Part shown: one piece after another, positions 14,619 through 29,371 of the stretch
Layout: each line of letters starts with the position of its first letter
Numbering within the stretch: the first letter of the stretch is position 1
Origin: Tubulanus polymorphus
Lineage: Eukaryota > Animalia > Nemertea
DNA length: 64,000 nucleotides
Assembly (NCBI RefSeq): GCF_964204645.1
Contig: NC_134029.1
Coordinates: 12,364,850-12,428,849, forward strand
Direction of reading: 5' to 3'
Program-made: the position numbers and the translations under genes
Notes under the pieces: generated by a model
Databases searched by the model: none
The model's input: only the letters and a program-made list of their open reading frames with translations
Told to the model about the DNA's origin: nothing

Positions 14619-15052
14619 TTAGGGTGAACAGAGTTACAATTTGAATATACAATGAAAATGAGAAGAGTTGGCACAATTTTTTCAGGAATACGACTTTCAA
14701 TCTATCTTACTAGCATTGGCATGAGGTCCTCGACGTCAACCAATGCTAAAAATTGAGGTGTCAGGGGAGGGTGGACGGCGCACAGTGGACACAATGAAAT
14801 ATACAGGGGAGACATAAATATAACATTTTTAGTACTGGAATTGGTATTTCAGAGATTTTAAAAACATAGATAGCCATTGTTTAGCTGGATTCATACCAGA
14901 ATGGATGACTTTTGAGTAACCAGCAGTCACAACGGCATCAAAAAGAGATTCCATCTTAAGACGCTTGGCTACGCTCGAATAAGGCCTACAAGTATCTACC
15001 AACAATAAAACAGATGGGTTTGTCAAAAAAATAACCCATTAGTAATACATAC

Positions 15053-15157
15053 CCGGTTTGAATGGTTGTATACATCAATAAAGTTTATCTCATCAGGAAT
15101 AATGACATTATGCATTCGGCATAGCAGAGTCACTAACAGCTTAATTTGTTTCAGTAT
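15053..15157 (-). CDS. UBE2Q: UBE2Q coding exon 3 (105 nt)
   Basis: Acceptor tgtgcttttgcAG and donor GTATGT. Translates ILKQIKLLVTLLCRMHNVIIPDEINFIDVYNHSNR, similar to the vertebrate LLQHLKRIISDLCKLYNLP segment. Phase 0. Confidence 0.82.
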
Positions 15158-15287
15158 CTGCAAAAGCACAACACAGATCATTTAATAATTCAACTGTGCC
15201 TTCTTAGGCATATGTGTGCACCAAGAAGAAAAGATAAGCGATTTATACATAATTGTTTCTGAGAAAACCCTTCATGGCAAACAATAT

Positions 15288-15444
<157 letters not shown>

Positions 15445-17907
15445 AGAAGTTTAGCACTCGCGATCCCCGCGCACGTGGAAGCCTTGTGTAGTGAACGTTC
15501 GCTTCACTTCAATCTCAATCAACATAATCACAGTATTAAAATGAAACAATACCTGGCGATATGTGAAATAATTATATTCTCACCAGCAATGAGCATTTAA
15601 AATTCGCACATATATGGCACCTAGTCCAATGAAACGTCCGCCATCAATGGCTTTCCCATAATTATTTTAGTAGCGCCAGAATTCCCTATATCCAAAAAAA
15701 ACAGCCAATCACATTCGCTCGTAGCGACGACGCCCCCCAATCAAGGTCATTGCAATTTTATACGCAAGAGCTAAGAATTTTCCCGCCAAAAACAGTTTTT
15801 CGTCTAATTTAAACTTAAGTTGACCATGTCATCGACGGAGGTTCGTCATGTCTTCAATCGCATCGATTATACGTCGTTTAATCCGAGAACCGATGAAAAA
15901 AATGCTCACATAAAAAAACGTACTGCGATTTTACATGAATTGGCTCAATGCTAACCTCATACTGCTGACAAAGGTAAACCAAAAATTCATAAAGAATTGA
16001 AGGCATCGTGCAGAAAAAAATCCATCTTGGATTTTTTTTCAGCCATACTTGACCTCAATTTTCAATAAGGGGTAGACATTTCACCTACCAAAATTCTGAC
16101 ACCTAGTATCATGAAAATGCATCATGAATTGCAGGCCGTTTCGTGCTAGAAACTCAAGATGGCTGCCCTGGTGGCCATATCTGAAAGCCGATGACCTCCA
16201 TATACAATAGGCATGGACAGCTTACCTACCCTGATCCTCACACCAAATTTTGCGGAAATTCATCAAGAATTACCGGCTGCATCGTGCAAACAAGAAATTC
16301 AAGATGGCCACCCATAATGCAGCCTTATTTGATCACCAATAACTTTTTTTACAATCGGGATGGACATCTCACCAGACCCAATCTTCAAGCAAATTTTCGA
16401 AGAATTACTGCGTCGAATTCAATTCAATTCCAAAGGGCCTGGCTAAGGCCTCTGCAATAGGAGTCAATTAAGATTCGACTTTTTGAGCAGCACAGGTGCC
16501 TATTCAAATCACATGTGATTCAAAAATTCAGAGCTTCTTAGTTTGTTGTCCCTGTTTGCATCGCACACGTGGTTTATATTATTGTTTACACTGAATGCCA
16601 AGCAGGTGTCAGGTTACAACGGCCTGATACCAGAAATTTTGATTAAGAATTCATATCTGAGAGAAAATGTACACCAAAACCTAAGTCGACATTTTATCAA
16701 ACCATTCAATTTTTATTGCTGAAATATATTGCCCTCTATAACCAGTATAAAAACCCTCAAAATGTGTGTCAATACACTGCTTGTTGATTGGCTTGATTTC
16801 TCTCTGTTTCTTGACTGAATTGAGAGAAATATAACGTTCCATTTCTCTCAACTTATCAACAGCCATGTGTGTCGGGAAATATCGTGTGTGAACCAAGCAT
16901 AATGCTGCAGAGAGGCCGAATTGGAGGAAATAAATTGGATTCAATGTTTTTTGCAGAATAAAGTCAATTGGATTTAAAATTCAATTGCATGGGTAATTTG
17001 CACATCAGAATCCACAGAAATCGACCTTGAAATACAGTGTTTTATCATTGAATAAACCCAGAGGTAAAACACCAATACCACTGATCCCGTTTCACATAAA
17101 TACCTGCTGATATTTTCCCACAATGATTTGAATTAAAAATCAATGAAAATCATGCTTTTTATTTTATCTTTTTTGAAATAAGAAAACATCATTTTATAGA
17201 TATTAACCTAAAAACTAATGGCTTCGTATTTTCTTTTATTCCGGAATGAACATACACAAGAAATCAATCATACAACTTTTGGTGAAGCCGAAAGTAACCA
17301 GTAATTGGGATTATTGTTCACATCTAGGGTAACTCCACGTAATTTCGGAAAGGTATTTTCGGATGCACTGTTTTGACGGATGATTTTCGGCATGAGTAAA
17401 TGCGCTGAGAGGCGGATATTTTTACAGCCAGATATTTCTATTTATTACTCCAGAATCGATTTAAAACATATTTATTAAAATTACTTACCAGTTGGAGACA
17501 TTTACAGACACAACATAATTTCGGAAGCCCAGGTTACGTAATTTGGAAATGGTCAACATAAATTCGGAAATGCAAATATTTGTTACTTTTGTGTCTGTAC
17601 TATATGAAACTAGGCCAAGAACATAGTTGGGTCATACTTATCGCTTCTACGGGGGTGGTAGCATTATTGAGTAACAACTGGTTAGATCAGATACTTCTAT
17701 GGATAACACACCATTTGGGTTCGAATCCCATGAATAATTATTTTTTAATGGAGCAGAAAAATCTCTACAACTTACTAGATGGTTGATATATTATGAAAAA
17801 ATTCGAATTTTGTCCGTTAGTGTTCATCAGGATAAAAGGAAGACCTTTGAAAGTGCAACAAACCACAAACCACAGCTGCAATCTATCAGATTATGTCAGC
17901 AACCTAC

Positions 17908-18012
17908 ATTGAAATTATCTGGAGTTGTTTCACAAAGTTCAGTAATAGCAGAGGAGACAATGGTATCTTCAACTTCAGCAAACCAAATTGGCGCCGTTTG
18001 TGGATATGTTCC
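17908..18012 (-). CDS. UBE2Q: UBE2Q coding exon 2 (105 nt)
   Basis: Acceptor ttttcttcaccttctAG and donor GTAGGT. Translates GTYPQTAPIWFAEVEDTIVSSAITELCETTPDNFN, containing the RWD YPxxxPxW motif, in frame with exon 1. Confidence 0.88.
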
Positions 18013-20681
18013 CTAGAAGGTGAAGAAAAATGAATGTGTGATATGGAAAAATATATGTATCTCAATGACTGTACACAAATTGAAAATTAAAGGCCCTATG
18101 GTTCAAACTTTTAAATTTTAGCAAAATGAACAGGAACTATCAGTCCAGGGACACCATGCCCACTTGAAAGTGGTCTGAAATGCTCAAAAATCTGACAATT
18201 ACATTATTAAGTTTTCTCTTAAAATCTATTCTATTTTCTTTCATTTGAATTCATTTTATTATAGTCGTTCTAAAACCTCTTTAAAAATATTCATTTTAAA
18301 TCTCAATCACCTAATTCATTTAAAGCCCCTCATGATAATCTATGATTCATAAGGACTTCATTTTAGGCGTCAAACCCACGAAGTTGCACCATGAAATTCC
18401 AATATTGATATGCAGCAGGTTTACGTGGCATGACTCACTACTGCTGGCTGGCAACATACCGTGAATACCAGTGCATTGTGCTGAACAATCTCATTTATTA
18501 TAGGCCTAGTCACACAATACATTGATTTCTTTTTTTCCAAATAAAATTCATTCCAGAATATTCATTCTGCCTATCCCATGATGGGATATGTAAGGTGCTC
18601 TAGTTTTAGGATTACGTGCATGGATTTAGGCAGGCTGTTGCGTTAACTTTGGCGAAGGATTTTAAGGTGTGTGTTCTTGGTGATCTGAGGTGCACAATTC
18701 TTTTCCTGGGGATTGAATTCAATGATGAGAAAACTTCCTTTATGCAAATAATTGGATCGAAAATTAAGACGGAAATATCAAGAAAAAAGTATTAGTCAGC
18801 CAGCCAATCATGGAAAATTCGACGATCACGGCATTTTTTGTTACAGCTTGGCATCTGGGCTCATTTGATAGCAGAGTATGTGGGCTATCATGTGTGGTGG
18901 ATGCCTTTTACAATTTTTTCGTTTTTTGGCCTACAGGGGGCGCTAAAGTCAGACATTTTGAAATTTAAACATCTTCATTTTCATTCGGCAAGGAAATACA
19001 CTTTAAACTACTTTTGCTAAATAATTCAAATATCTCATCTTGGGTTTGGAGTAATTTTACAATCTAAACCTTTTCTGAGTTGGGGGATTGCAGCGCATAT
19101 AGCGCAACGTTAATTTTATGCATACATTCATTTGTTACCTAGTTACAGCAGCAACAATCGTGTAATATTCACTTGAAAATAGCAATTTCATATGAAATAT
19201 TCATTTTAAAGGTTATTAGCTCAAATAGTGATGTTGTTAATGTTTTTTGTTGATTATTTTGATATTTCTTTAAACTTACTTATAACTCGTATGTACTTGG
19301 TCAATATCGGGATTAACTATTTATTGGTTTCTATGGTAACAGCAATTCAAATCTGCGTTCTTCATCCGTCAGGTACCGGTATTTTGGGCGTTGGGTCTTT
19401 TGTGACATTCCAAATGGTCTCAAACTTGCCTAAAGTCTTCGGCCATGTATTGGGCCGCTTATTACTACGTCTTGCTAACAATTGAATTGCAACAATGGTA
19501 ACCATTGTTGCAATTGCAGAAAAATCGCGTAATTTGTCCACATTCTTGACGTAACCAATGGATTAATTGAGGATGTGTTTATCTAAAACCATATCTAATC
19601 TTTTTTCTTTAAAATTTTAAAATCATTCCATATTCGTTTCACGAGTAAATTATAACTAAACGTTGTCACCATGGTAACCATACATTATATGCGTTTATTT
19701 GAAAAAAATCTTTTTTCCCCATATCTTTTGAACCCTTTCACCAAATTTGTCGAATGAAAGCTCATATTTGAGGCAATTTCTTGAATTTTCTTTACCTCTA
19801 GGGCATGACATTGATGATTCTAACGTTGGAGTTTGTCAGGATATATGCTGTTCAGTGAAAATGATTGTCTTTCGAATAATAGACACTTCATTATCACCAA
19901 AACTTGTGTCAATGAAATATTTCATAGTTGTAGCTTGACTGATCAATTTTTGATGAAGAAATTGCAACAGCTTCAATAATTGTCAGAGTTGGCTTGAAAA
20001 TGTCATGAAGAAGGAATGAGACTCTATGATTAGGAAAAGATGGGATTCAATAGTTGAGGAAGGATGGAATTCTAAGATATTTGAGTGGAGAATAGGCCTT
20101 ATAACTAATAGGTAGGCAGGCCTCATATAATACTTATATATAATACTATTTGATTTTGTCAATGTATGGACATTTTTGTTGCTGAAAACCCCAAATCATT
20201 ATCACTATGTTATGTAGACCAAGCACGGCCAGGGCCTGGCCAGCAATAGTTTCTAAATCATAAGCGAAATGACGCAGTTGAGGCGGTAGGGTTTGAATAA
20301 TTTGCTCGATCTCTAGAAAACCTTTAATTATACAGCGTAAGCTGCTTGCACTAATTCCTTTGTCTTTTTGTCTAAAGTCATGTTAAATTTGTGAGGCCCA
20401 GTGAAGTTCCAGGTTCTTCACTGACTGATAGTCGGTGGACCGGTGTTTAAATCTGCAGACTTAGGCCTGTACATGGGTTTGGAGGAACCCCCTTATAGGT
20501 GAACTTGCCCATTTCAAATTTTCAACGTCCAAAAAACCTTCCACATTCCGTGTCCGACATGTGGTCCGTATACCATTCACATTACTAAGTTCGTTGACGT
20601 AGTTTTAATAACCAGAATCAATTAAAATGTTGTCAAAGTGGTATAGGGCACCACAATAGCAGACTAAAAAGGTCTTCGGGC

Positions 20682-20725
<44 letters not shown>

Positions 20726-22613
20726 GTAATAATAATAATAAACATTTATAAGGCGCCTGTTTCTTAAAAGATAAGTTCACCGGCGCACTGCAATGGTTCA
20801 TAGTCACTAAGTATAGGCACGTTGAAAGAGTAGATGTTTTAGTGAACGTTTAAACTGGTTGACATCGTGAATATTACGCAGGTGGTTATCAATGTTATTC
20901 CAAAGGGAAGCAGCAACTACAGTAAATGAACGTCCACTAAAAGTACTTAGGTTGTAATGGGCTGCAGACAGTAAATTTTGAGATGATGATCTTAGTGCAC
21001 GAACTGAATTGTACTGAAAGAGTAGATCTTTCAAGTAGACTGGAGCCAACAAGTGGAGGCACTTAAAAACAAGGAGAATAACTTTGAACTCTTTGCGCTG
21101 TTTCACAGGCAACCAGTGAAGGGACCTAAGCACAGGTGTTATACGCTCATATTTCTTTGTTTTGGTGACAATACGAGCGGCACGGTTCTGTATTAATTGC
21201 AGTCTGTGAAGAGAAGAAAAAGACGATCCTGCCAAGCATGCGTTACAGTAGTCAATCCTCGACAAAACTAGGGACTGCATCAACAGTTTCGCAGCCGCAT
21301 CAGACAAGTAGTCCCGGATGCTACCTATCGCCCTAAGATAATAGGACGTAGCACAGACAACACTACTAACATGTGCCTCCATATTGAGCTGAGGGTCAAA
21401 AATTACTCCAAGATTTCGGATAGGTTTATTCGATAACGGAATCTCAAAGTCGTCAGTCGCGAATACTACGTATGTTGATTGAACGCAGTATATGCATTGT
21501 TCCAAACAACATTGCCTCGAACTTATCCACATTGCACATCAACTTATTGTCAATAAGCCACTTGTTGACTTGAGAACATGTAAGCTCGATAACATTAACT
21601 TGTCTACTGATGTCCAATGATTTGCATTTGATTGCCATATACAGTTGACCATCGTCCGCAAAACCATGACGTGAAACGTTGCTATCCTCAAATAACTGCA
21701 CTAAGGGCAATATATAAATGAGGAACAATAGTGGCCCCAGCACGAAGCCTTGGGGCACACCATACTCAACTTTGCAGAAATCAGAGTAATGTCCCTTGAT
21801 AACGACACGATGCGTTCGATTCTCAAGGTACGATATTAACCACTGAAGTGCTGAACCACGAATACCGAGCACTACCTGAAGTCGATTTACAAGGATGAGA
21901 TGGTCCACAGTATCGAAGGCAGCACTCAGGTCTAAAAGGACAAGTATGGCAGCACCATCAGCGTCAACCATGTTACGAATGTCACTTTGAACCTTGACAA
22001 GAGCTGTCTCGGTGCTGTGACAGGTTTTGTACGCAGACTGGTTAATATCATGTAAATTGTTAGCATCCATAAAAGCGGTTATACGAGCAGCGTCAACACG
22101 CTCCAGTACCTTGGAGATAAACGGGAGGTTACTGACTGGACGGTAGTTTTTGAGAACGGAAGTATCTAAGCTCTGTTTTTTAATGAGCGGGGTTATCAAC
22201 GCAGTCTTCATAGACACGGGAACGAATCCTTCCAACAACGATTTTTTTAATAATGTCCAAATAGAGAGGAATGACAGCAGGTAGGATGGCTTTCAGCATC
22301 CAAGTAGGCAAAGCATCAAGCTCACATGACTTACTTGGCGATTACCCTATTATTGATACAAGCTCTTTCTCCAAGACTGGCTCAAATTCCGCTAACTCAC
22401 AATCTCCGAAATGCATCGTTTCAGGACCCAAACACGAGTCTGGGAAAGATAGTCTAATCCTCTCAATTTTGTCAGCAAAGAAAGTTGCAAATCTATTTGC
22501 AAGTTCTTCCCAATCATCACTATCTGGCAGCTTTCTACTAACATCTTTCAGAAGAAGTTCATCAAACACTTTCTGCATAGCTTTTCCATCCGAACCCTGC
22601 ATCACTAATCCTG
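20682..22613 (-). mobile_element. 5'-truncated L2/CR1-group LINE (frameshifted RT ORF2) with (TTA)n tail
   Basis: ORFs 22342-22605, 21453-22238 and 20807-21532 carry NYRPVSNLPF, LLDLSAAFDTVDH, GVPQGxVLGP, FADD and LHWLPV. The tandem tail is at 20682-20740. Confidence 0.92.
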
Positions 22614-22804
22614 GTATTGTAGTACTGCCTCTTGGAATGCTTTATAAGTTTATTATAATGCAATTTGGCAGTATGGAAAATTTCGGGCTAAAGTATTTTT
22701 ACAAGAGGAGGTAGATAATTTTCAACAAAATGGTACATTCAGTCGTTCCTAGTTCCATAAAAGCAAGAAAGGGCACTTTGAGTCCCTATCAATATCAAAA
22801 GTAG

Positions 22805-22970
22805 AAAGATGCATTACAACGTCATATAGCCCGTGCAAACTATCAAGCAAAAATGCATGTTCAGCATGTCCTGAATTGGTTTCTTGTAAATGCAAGACTG
22901 ATTGCAGCCGCGCCAATTGTAAATGCAGAAAGAATTATGTCACTTGTACATCTGCATGTGGCTGTTGCCA
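22805..22970 (+). pseudogene. Academ transposase C-terminal remnant
   Basis: KDALQRHIARANYQAK followed by ACPELVSCKCKTDCSRANCKCRKNYVTCTSACGC, the Cys-rich tail typical of Academ proteins. Confidence 0.75.
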
Positions 22971-22994
22971 CGAAAACTGCCTAGATAATGATAA

Positions 22995-23961
22995 ACTAGG
23001 GGTCCAGGGACACCATGCCCACTAGGGAAGTGGTTCCAAATGCTCAACAATCTACAATTTCAATATTCCCCCTGGTGACCATATGCAAAAACCAATGACC
23101 TTGAAACTCAATACAATCATAAAACATGTCAGCAGCTACGATTTTGTAATTGATTGTGGTAACAAAATATGCCTCGTTACCAATTTAATATGGAAATACT
23201 AAGTTAATCTACTATTCAACGCCCCCTGGTGACCATATTCAAAACCCAATGACCTTGAAACTCACCGCAATCATAGAACACGTCACGAACTATAACTTTG
23301 TAATTGATCATGGTAACAAAATATGCCTAGGTACCAATATAATAAGGAGATACTAAGTTATTCTACTATTCAACGCCCCCTGGTGACCATATAGAATAAC
23401 TAATGGCCTTTAAACTTGCGACAATCATAGATGATGTCATGAACTACAACTTTGCAATTGATTGTCGTTACAAAATATGCATTGATACGAATATAATATA
23501 GAAATACTAAGATATTGTATTATTCAACGCCCCCTGGTGGCCATATACAAAAACCAATGACCTTGAAACTCACCACAATCATGGAACACGTTATGAGCTA
23601 CAAGTTACTAATTGATTGTGGTAACAAAATACGCTTAGGTATCAATATAATGTGGAAAAACATTTTCCCACCTACGAATGAGTACTGATGACACCAAAAT
23701 GGCCGCCAATTGCGTCATAATTGGCTGATCAAAAATACCTGTCTCAGGTATAAAACATCCCTTTTCAAAGAATACCCATCACAAATTGCAATGAGAAATG
23801 GCAAACCAGTAGGGAGCTACAGCACTCAGAATTCGGGCCAATATTGACATTTTTGGGCACTAAAAAGGTCATAGGACGGTCATCTTGAGTCCGATCGACC
23901 CAATTTTTGCTATGCTGATGGGCCCTGGGGGGTATTCACATACATCCGAAAGATCAAGGTT
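22995..23961 (+). repeat. HINE/Helentron-like element with internal ~155-bp tandem units
   Basis: Starts ACTAGGGGTCCAGGGACACCATGC, as at 63246 and near 18138. About 4 tandem units containing TTCAACGCCCCCTGGTGACCATAT. Confidence 0.7.
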
Positions 23962-25827
23962 ATGGTTACCATTGTTGCAATTCAATTGTTAGCAAGACGT
24001 AGTAATAAGCGGCCCAATACATGGCCGAAGACTTTAGGCAAGTTTGAGAACATTTGGAATGTCACAAAAGACCCAACGCCCAAAATACCGGTACCTGACG
24101 GATGAAGAACGCAGATTTGAGTTGCTGTTACCATAGAAACCAATAAACAGTTAATCCCGATATTGACCAAGTACATACGAGTTATAAGTAAGTTTAAAGA
24201 AATATCAAAATAATCAACAAAAAACATTAACAACATCACTATTTGAGCTAATAACCTTTAAAATGAATATTTCATATGAAATTGCTATTTTCAAGTGAAT
24301 ATTACACGATTGTTGCTGCTGTAACTAGGTAACAAATGAATGTATGCATAAAAGTAACGTTGCGCTATATGCACTGCAATCCCCCAACTCAGAAAAGGTT
24401 TAGATTGTAAAATTACTCCAAACCTAAGATGAGATATTCGAATTATTTAGCAAAAGTAGTTTAAAGTGTATTTCCTTGACGAATGAAAATGAAGATGTTT
24501 AAATTTCAAAATGTCTGACTTTAACGCCCCCTGTAGGCCAAAAAACGAAAAAATTGTAAAAGGCATCCACCACACATGATAGCCCACATACTCTGCTATC
24601 AAATGAGCCCGGATGCCAAGCTGTAACAAAAAATGCCGTGATCGTCGAATTTTAGGATAGTTTTTTAAGGTTGGCTGGCTGACTATATGTTCTTAATTCA
24701 ATCTAATGAGAACACTTAAACTTGATACGACATGGTATTTTTGGTGGAATTTCAGAGGGGATCAGTGGTCAAGTCAATTGACACGATCTCTGTGAAGTGC
24801 TCTTAACATGCAGTAACAGTCGCTTTTTGACCCTACTTTCTTTGAATACCTGGACCATGCGGTCTGCATGTGGAAAACTAATGTTTTGTTTACCGGTGTA
24901 GTCTCCACATCAAGGCGGTGGTATAGCTTCACTTTAACAGTTTCCATTACCTCGTAATTCACAGTCTGAATAGCAGAGAACGTACTAGCATGCATTCTGT
25001 ATGACCTTTTGTCAATAACTTCAATCATTATGGAGGATGACTGCATTACCCGTGGACGGTGAATATGCTCACGCAAGCTTTGATGACCTTGGCTAAGACT
25101 GGGTATTTGCAGGAACAAAACACCGCTGCCCACCATGTGTCCAGACATGTATTTCCCTCAACTTCGGGAAGACTGCAGTCAAGTTGCAGTTTGGTTACCT
25201 CATTTAAAGGCTGACTTCGAGTATAAAATGCCCATCATGTGTCAGACATGGCATTAACTCTAAACCCATGGAGCAGTCAAGAGCTCCAGCAGTTGAAACT
25301 GGTATTTCCCTAATATCTCTGTCAGTTAACCGATTTGGACCCTCCTTTTTGTCAGAAATATGCATAAACATGTAATATAGTCATATCTATAAAATAAAAT
25401 TTAGTTTAAGCGCTCCTTCATGCATAAATAACCAATTTACTTAGTGCATTCTTCAAATTTTCAAATCTTTGAATGACAAGACAGGAGGAGTTATCCACTG
25501 CAACAACAGTGAGCACAATAACCTATAGTCATAAACCTATATAAACGAAACTGTTGCAGCTCTCTAGTGCGTAATTTTGGGGGGTTACAAAACTTTTTTC
25601 CGGAAAGTTGAATCAAATTGCGGGCCACCCTGCTAAAATTTAATGCCGCCCTGCTAAAAACGCAGCGCCCTGCCTTATGTTTTTACTGCCCTGTTTAATT
25701 TTTTTTCTGTTTCGTTTTCAGTTTGATTTTCTGTCTCAGACATTCTGAGGGGCGTTAAATTTTAAAATTTTCTTGGGGAGGACCCCCACATCCCCCGCAA
25801 TGGCTTCGCACCTTCAGTGCTCTGAAT

Positions 25828-27573
25828 TTTTTCCCACCTACGAATGAGTACTAATGACACCATGATGGCCACCAACTGCGCCATAATTGGTTGATCAAAA
25901 ATACCTGTCTCAGTTATAACATCCCTTTCCAAAGAATACCCATCACAAATTGCAATGAGAAATGGCAAACCAGTAGGAAGCTAGAGACTCAGAATTCGGG
26001 TCAAAATTGACATTTTTGGGCACTAAAAAGGTCATAGGATGGCCACCTTGAGTCCGATCGACCCAATTTTTGTTATGCTCATGGACCCTGGGGGGAATCA
26101 AATATAAACGAAAGATCAAGGTAATTGATCAAAGCGTCTTCAAAATTTCCCTCAATAAGTTCAAAACGTGTAAAAAAAGCTGATTTTGGCAAACAACAAC
26201 GGCTGCCAGTCGGCCAGCTTGATTCTGACAGGGCCAGTTTTTGGGCTGAAGATGTGTCTAGGGTAGATACATGTGTAAACCAAATATCAAGACATTGCAT
26301 TGAAGCGTCTTCAAAACTTCCCAAAATAACTGGATTCCGTCTACGGACGGACGATGGACAAAAAGTGAACGAAATAGCCTGCTGGGACTAAAGTCCCGAG
26401 TGGGCTAAAAATGGATGAGGTCAATTTTAATTTTTCATTAATCATTATTTTGTCTAACTGGTGAAACCAACGGAATAAAGTCTAGGCTTTTTAAATAATG
26501 CCTAGGTACCAATACGATATGGAAATACTAAGTTATTCTACTATTCAACGCCCCCTAGTGACCATATGCTAAGCCTGTGACATTGACTCTCACCATCATC
26601 ATAGAACATGTCATGAGCTACAACTTTGCTATTGATCATGGTAACAAAATATGCCTAGGTACCAAAATAATAAGGAAATACTACGTTATTCTATTATTCA
26701 ACACCCCCTAGTGACCATATAGAATAATTCATGTCCTTGAAACTTACCACAATCAGAGACCATGTCATGAGCTGCAACTTTCTAATTGATTGTGGTATCA
26801 AAATATGCATATATATGAATATACATAGAAATACTAAGTTATTGCATTGTTCAACGCCCCCTGGTGGCCATATACAAAAACCAATGTGTTCGAAACTCAT
26901 CACAATCAAAGAACATGCCATGAGCTACAACTTTGCAATTGATTGTGGCAAAAAAATATGCTTAAGTATCAATATAATATGGGAAAACCTTTTTCCACCT
27001 ACAAATGAGTACTGATGACACCAAGATGGCTGCCAATTGCGTCATAATTGCCTGATCAAAAATACCTTTCTCGGGTATAAAAGATCCCTTTTCAAAGAAT
27101 CCCCATCACAAATAGCAATGAGAAATGGCAAACCAGTAGGAAACTACAGGACTTAGAATTCGGGCCAAAATTTACATTTTTTAGCACTAAAAACGGTCAT
27201 AGGTCCGCCATCTTGAGTCCGATCGACCCAATTTTTCTGTAGGTGATGGGCCCTAGGGCGATTCAAATATATACGAAAGATCAAGGTAATTGATATAAGC
27301 ATCTTCAAAATTTCCCTCAAAAAGTTCAAAAATTTGTAAAAACAACAATGGCTGCCAGTCGGCCATCTTGAATCTGACAGGGCCAGTTTTTGGGCTGAAG
27401 ATGTGTCTAGGGTAGATACATGTATGAACCAAATATGAAGACATTACATTGAAGCGTCTTCAAAACTTCCCAAAATAACTGGATTCCGTCTACGGACGGA
27501 CAGACGGACGTATGACGGACGAAAAGTGAACGCAATAGCCCGCTGGGACTAAAATCCCAAGTGGGCTAAAAAA
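25828..27573 (+). repeat. Two adjacent partial copies of the same HINE-like family
   Basis: Homologous to 23060-23960. Each ends in (GACG)n plus a stem-loop and A-run (near 26410 and 27573). Confidence 0.7.
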
Positions 27574-27670
27574 GTAGAAATCCACTGAAAAATAAATTGA
27601 CTGATATGTGGGATTCGAAACCAATAGCTTAGAACGTGGATTGCTTGGAAAAGGTCAAGGTCGTATGTTA

Positions 27671-27810
27671 ATGCATACATACAGACGAACCTTGGTAACT
27701 TTTATAATCGGTACTACAAATATGCACTAACCATCCATGATTTAAAAACTTCTACCATGCTCTTTTGTACCCATTATAAAAGTTACCAAGATTCGTCTGT
27801 ATGTATGCAT
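27671..27810. repeat. Small inverted-repeat element (~44-bp arms)
   Basis: ATGCATACATACAGACGAACCTTGGTAACTTTT...AAAAGTTACCAAGATTCGTCTGTATGTATGCAT. Confidence 0.7.
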
Positions 27811-28995
27811 CCCTGTTCATTTTTGGCAGTGGATATTTTGCCAATGCGGCATTATTCCTGTTAACACTATTTTGCCAATGGCGCGTTCCGATTGGCTAAT
27901 TGACGATGCCGACTAGCAAATTGCTAGCCGAGCGTCTTTCCACTAGACCACAGGGCTCACTCAAAACCACCCGTAAGATTTCAATATATATAGCCTTACC
28001 TTACCCTAACCGGTAAAAGTACAGATCCGCACCTCTTGTTAAATGGTTCAATCAATTAAATTAAATATCACTGATTCAGACCCAAAATGTCATCAGCAAT
28101 TCAGGACACTGGTTTATTTTATGGTATCTACACTAGAAATAGTCAGTAACCTGACTGTGGTTTAGTTTCACGATCGGATATTTTCACAAACCAGTCAGGA
28201 ATGGGAAGGTCATTTTCAATGAAATCTTTGCGAGTCAATTTGACTCACGAGTAATTTGCCTGGCATTTCATTGTCTCTTAAGATATCCGTCTAATTTTTG
28301 TTGTAATCAACGCACAACAGATTCGTAGTTTATTTGATACCTATAACACCTCACCTGACGATCTTAATCCATGTGCAAATCGGCTGTAAAGTGAGAGTAA
28401 ATTTCCGTCGATTCAACCGCGGCCATTTAAAAAACGTGTGGAGGGTGCTGGCACCTGTGGACTGAACCCAGGACCACAACACAAACTAACGAAACGAAAC
28501 GACGAAATTGAAAAAATTAAGAAATCAACACTTATTCACATTTATTTTTCTTCAAGGAGAATTTATTTTTTATCTTTTATTATGGAAAACACGAAGATTT
28601 GAAATATAAGTTGGAAACCTATCAAAAATAAAAATTGTCGTTTCGTTTTGAAAGTTTTATATAAATCCTTGTAGGTCACCTAGTCTATCATGCCACATGT
28701 ATGCAATACAGAGAAATGGCGGCCAATGGCGAAATTTGTGGAGAAATTTATTAATTTCTCAAAATAATGTTGATTAATCGCTCGTAACATACATAAAATT
28801 GGATTATTTCAAAAGGTACCTGTGTTAGTTTGTGATTTAAGCCATTAATTGTGGACTGAAGTGCATAGAAAGTATATTTTTGAAGTGTTACTTTTTTCAA
28901 CTGTGTTTTGGCCCTTGTCATCCCTAACGTTGGTATAAGCCCATCTGATAATAAAAAGCATAGGCTACCACCAACGATTAGGTAAATAACTACAC

Positions 28996-29371
28996 TAGAA
29001 AGTACATTTTAGCCTGGATTTTGTCTCGAGATCGTCACGATTTTTGAACCGGATGCCATATTGGATGGGTCAATCTAAAGTGAAGATTTGTTTAGAATAT
29101 TTGCTGAAGCAATGTTTCATGACTCACTCATTTTGAGGAAGAAAAATATAAATTTCTTGTCTATTTCAACGATATCTTGAAATTTGGTTAGCATTAATAA
29201 CCCGTGACAGTTGACGTAAATTTGATTAGTTTTATGTACTGATTACCCTCACATCATTTCAGTAAAAACTTAAGACAAATCTTCACTTTAGATTTCCTAA
29301 TCCAATATGGCGTCCTATCGAAAGATCATCACGATTCCGAGATAAAAACCGGGCCAAAAATCTGCTTTCTA
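28996..29371. repeat. Old MITE-like element with degenerate ~95-bp TIRs
   Basis: GCCATATTGGA...ATCTAAAGTGAAGATTTGT is mirrored by ACAAATCTTCACTTTAGAT...TCCAATATGGC. Confidence 0.55.

Larger units (their letters stand above)
18793..24685 (+). mobile_element. Academ DNA transposon (internally deleted) with nested L2 and HINE-like insertions
   Basis: TAGTCAGCCAGCCAA...TTGGCTGGCTGACTA termini, TAT 3-bp TSD and ~710-bp TIRs (18793-19505, 23962-24685). A transposase C-terminal remnant lies at ~22805-22970. Confidence 0.85.

Noticed and set aside
18838-24629. Twin ORF pairs 18838/24447 and 19228/23982 on opposite strands
   Set aside because: They are chance ORFs in the two Academ TIRs, not duplicated genes.
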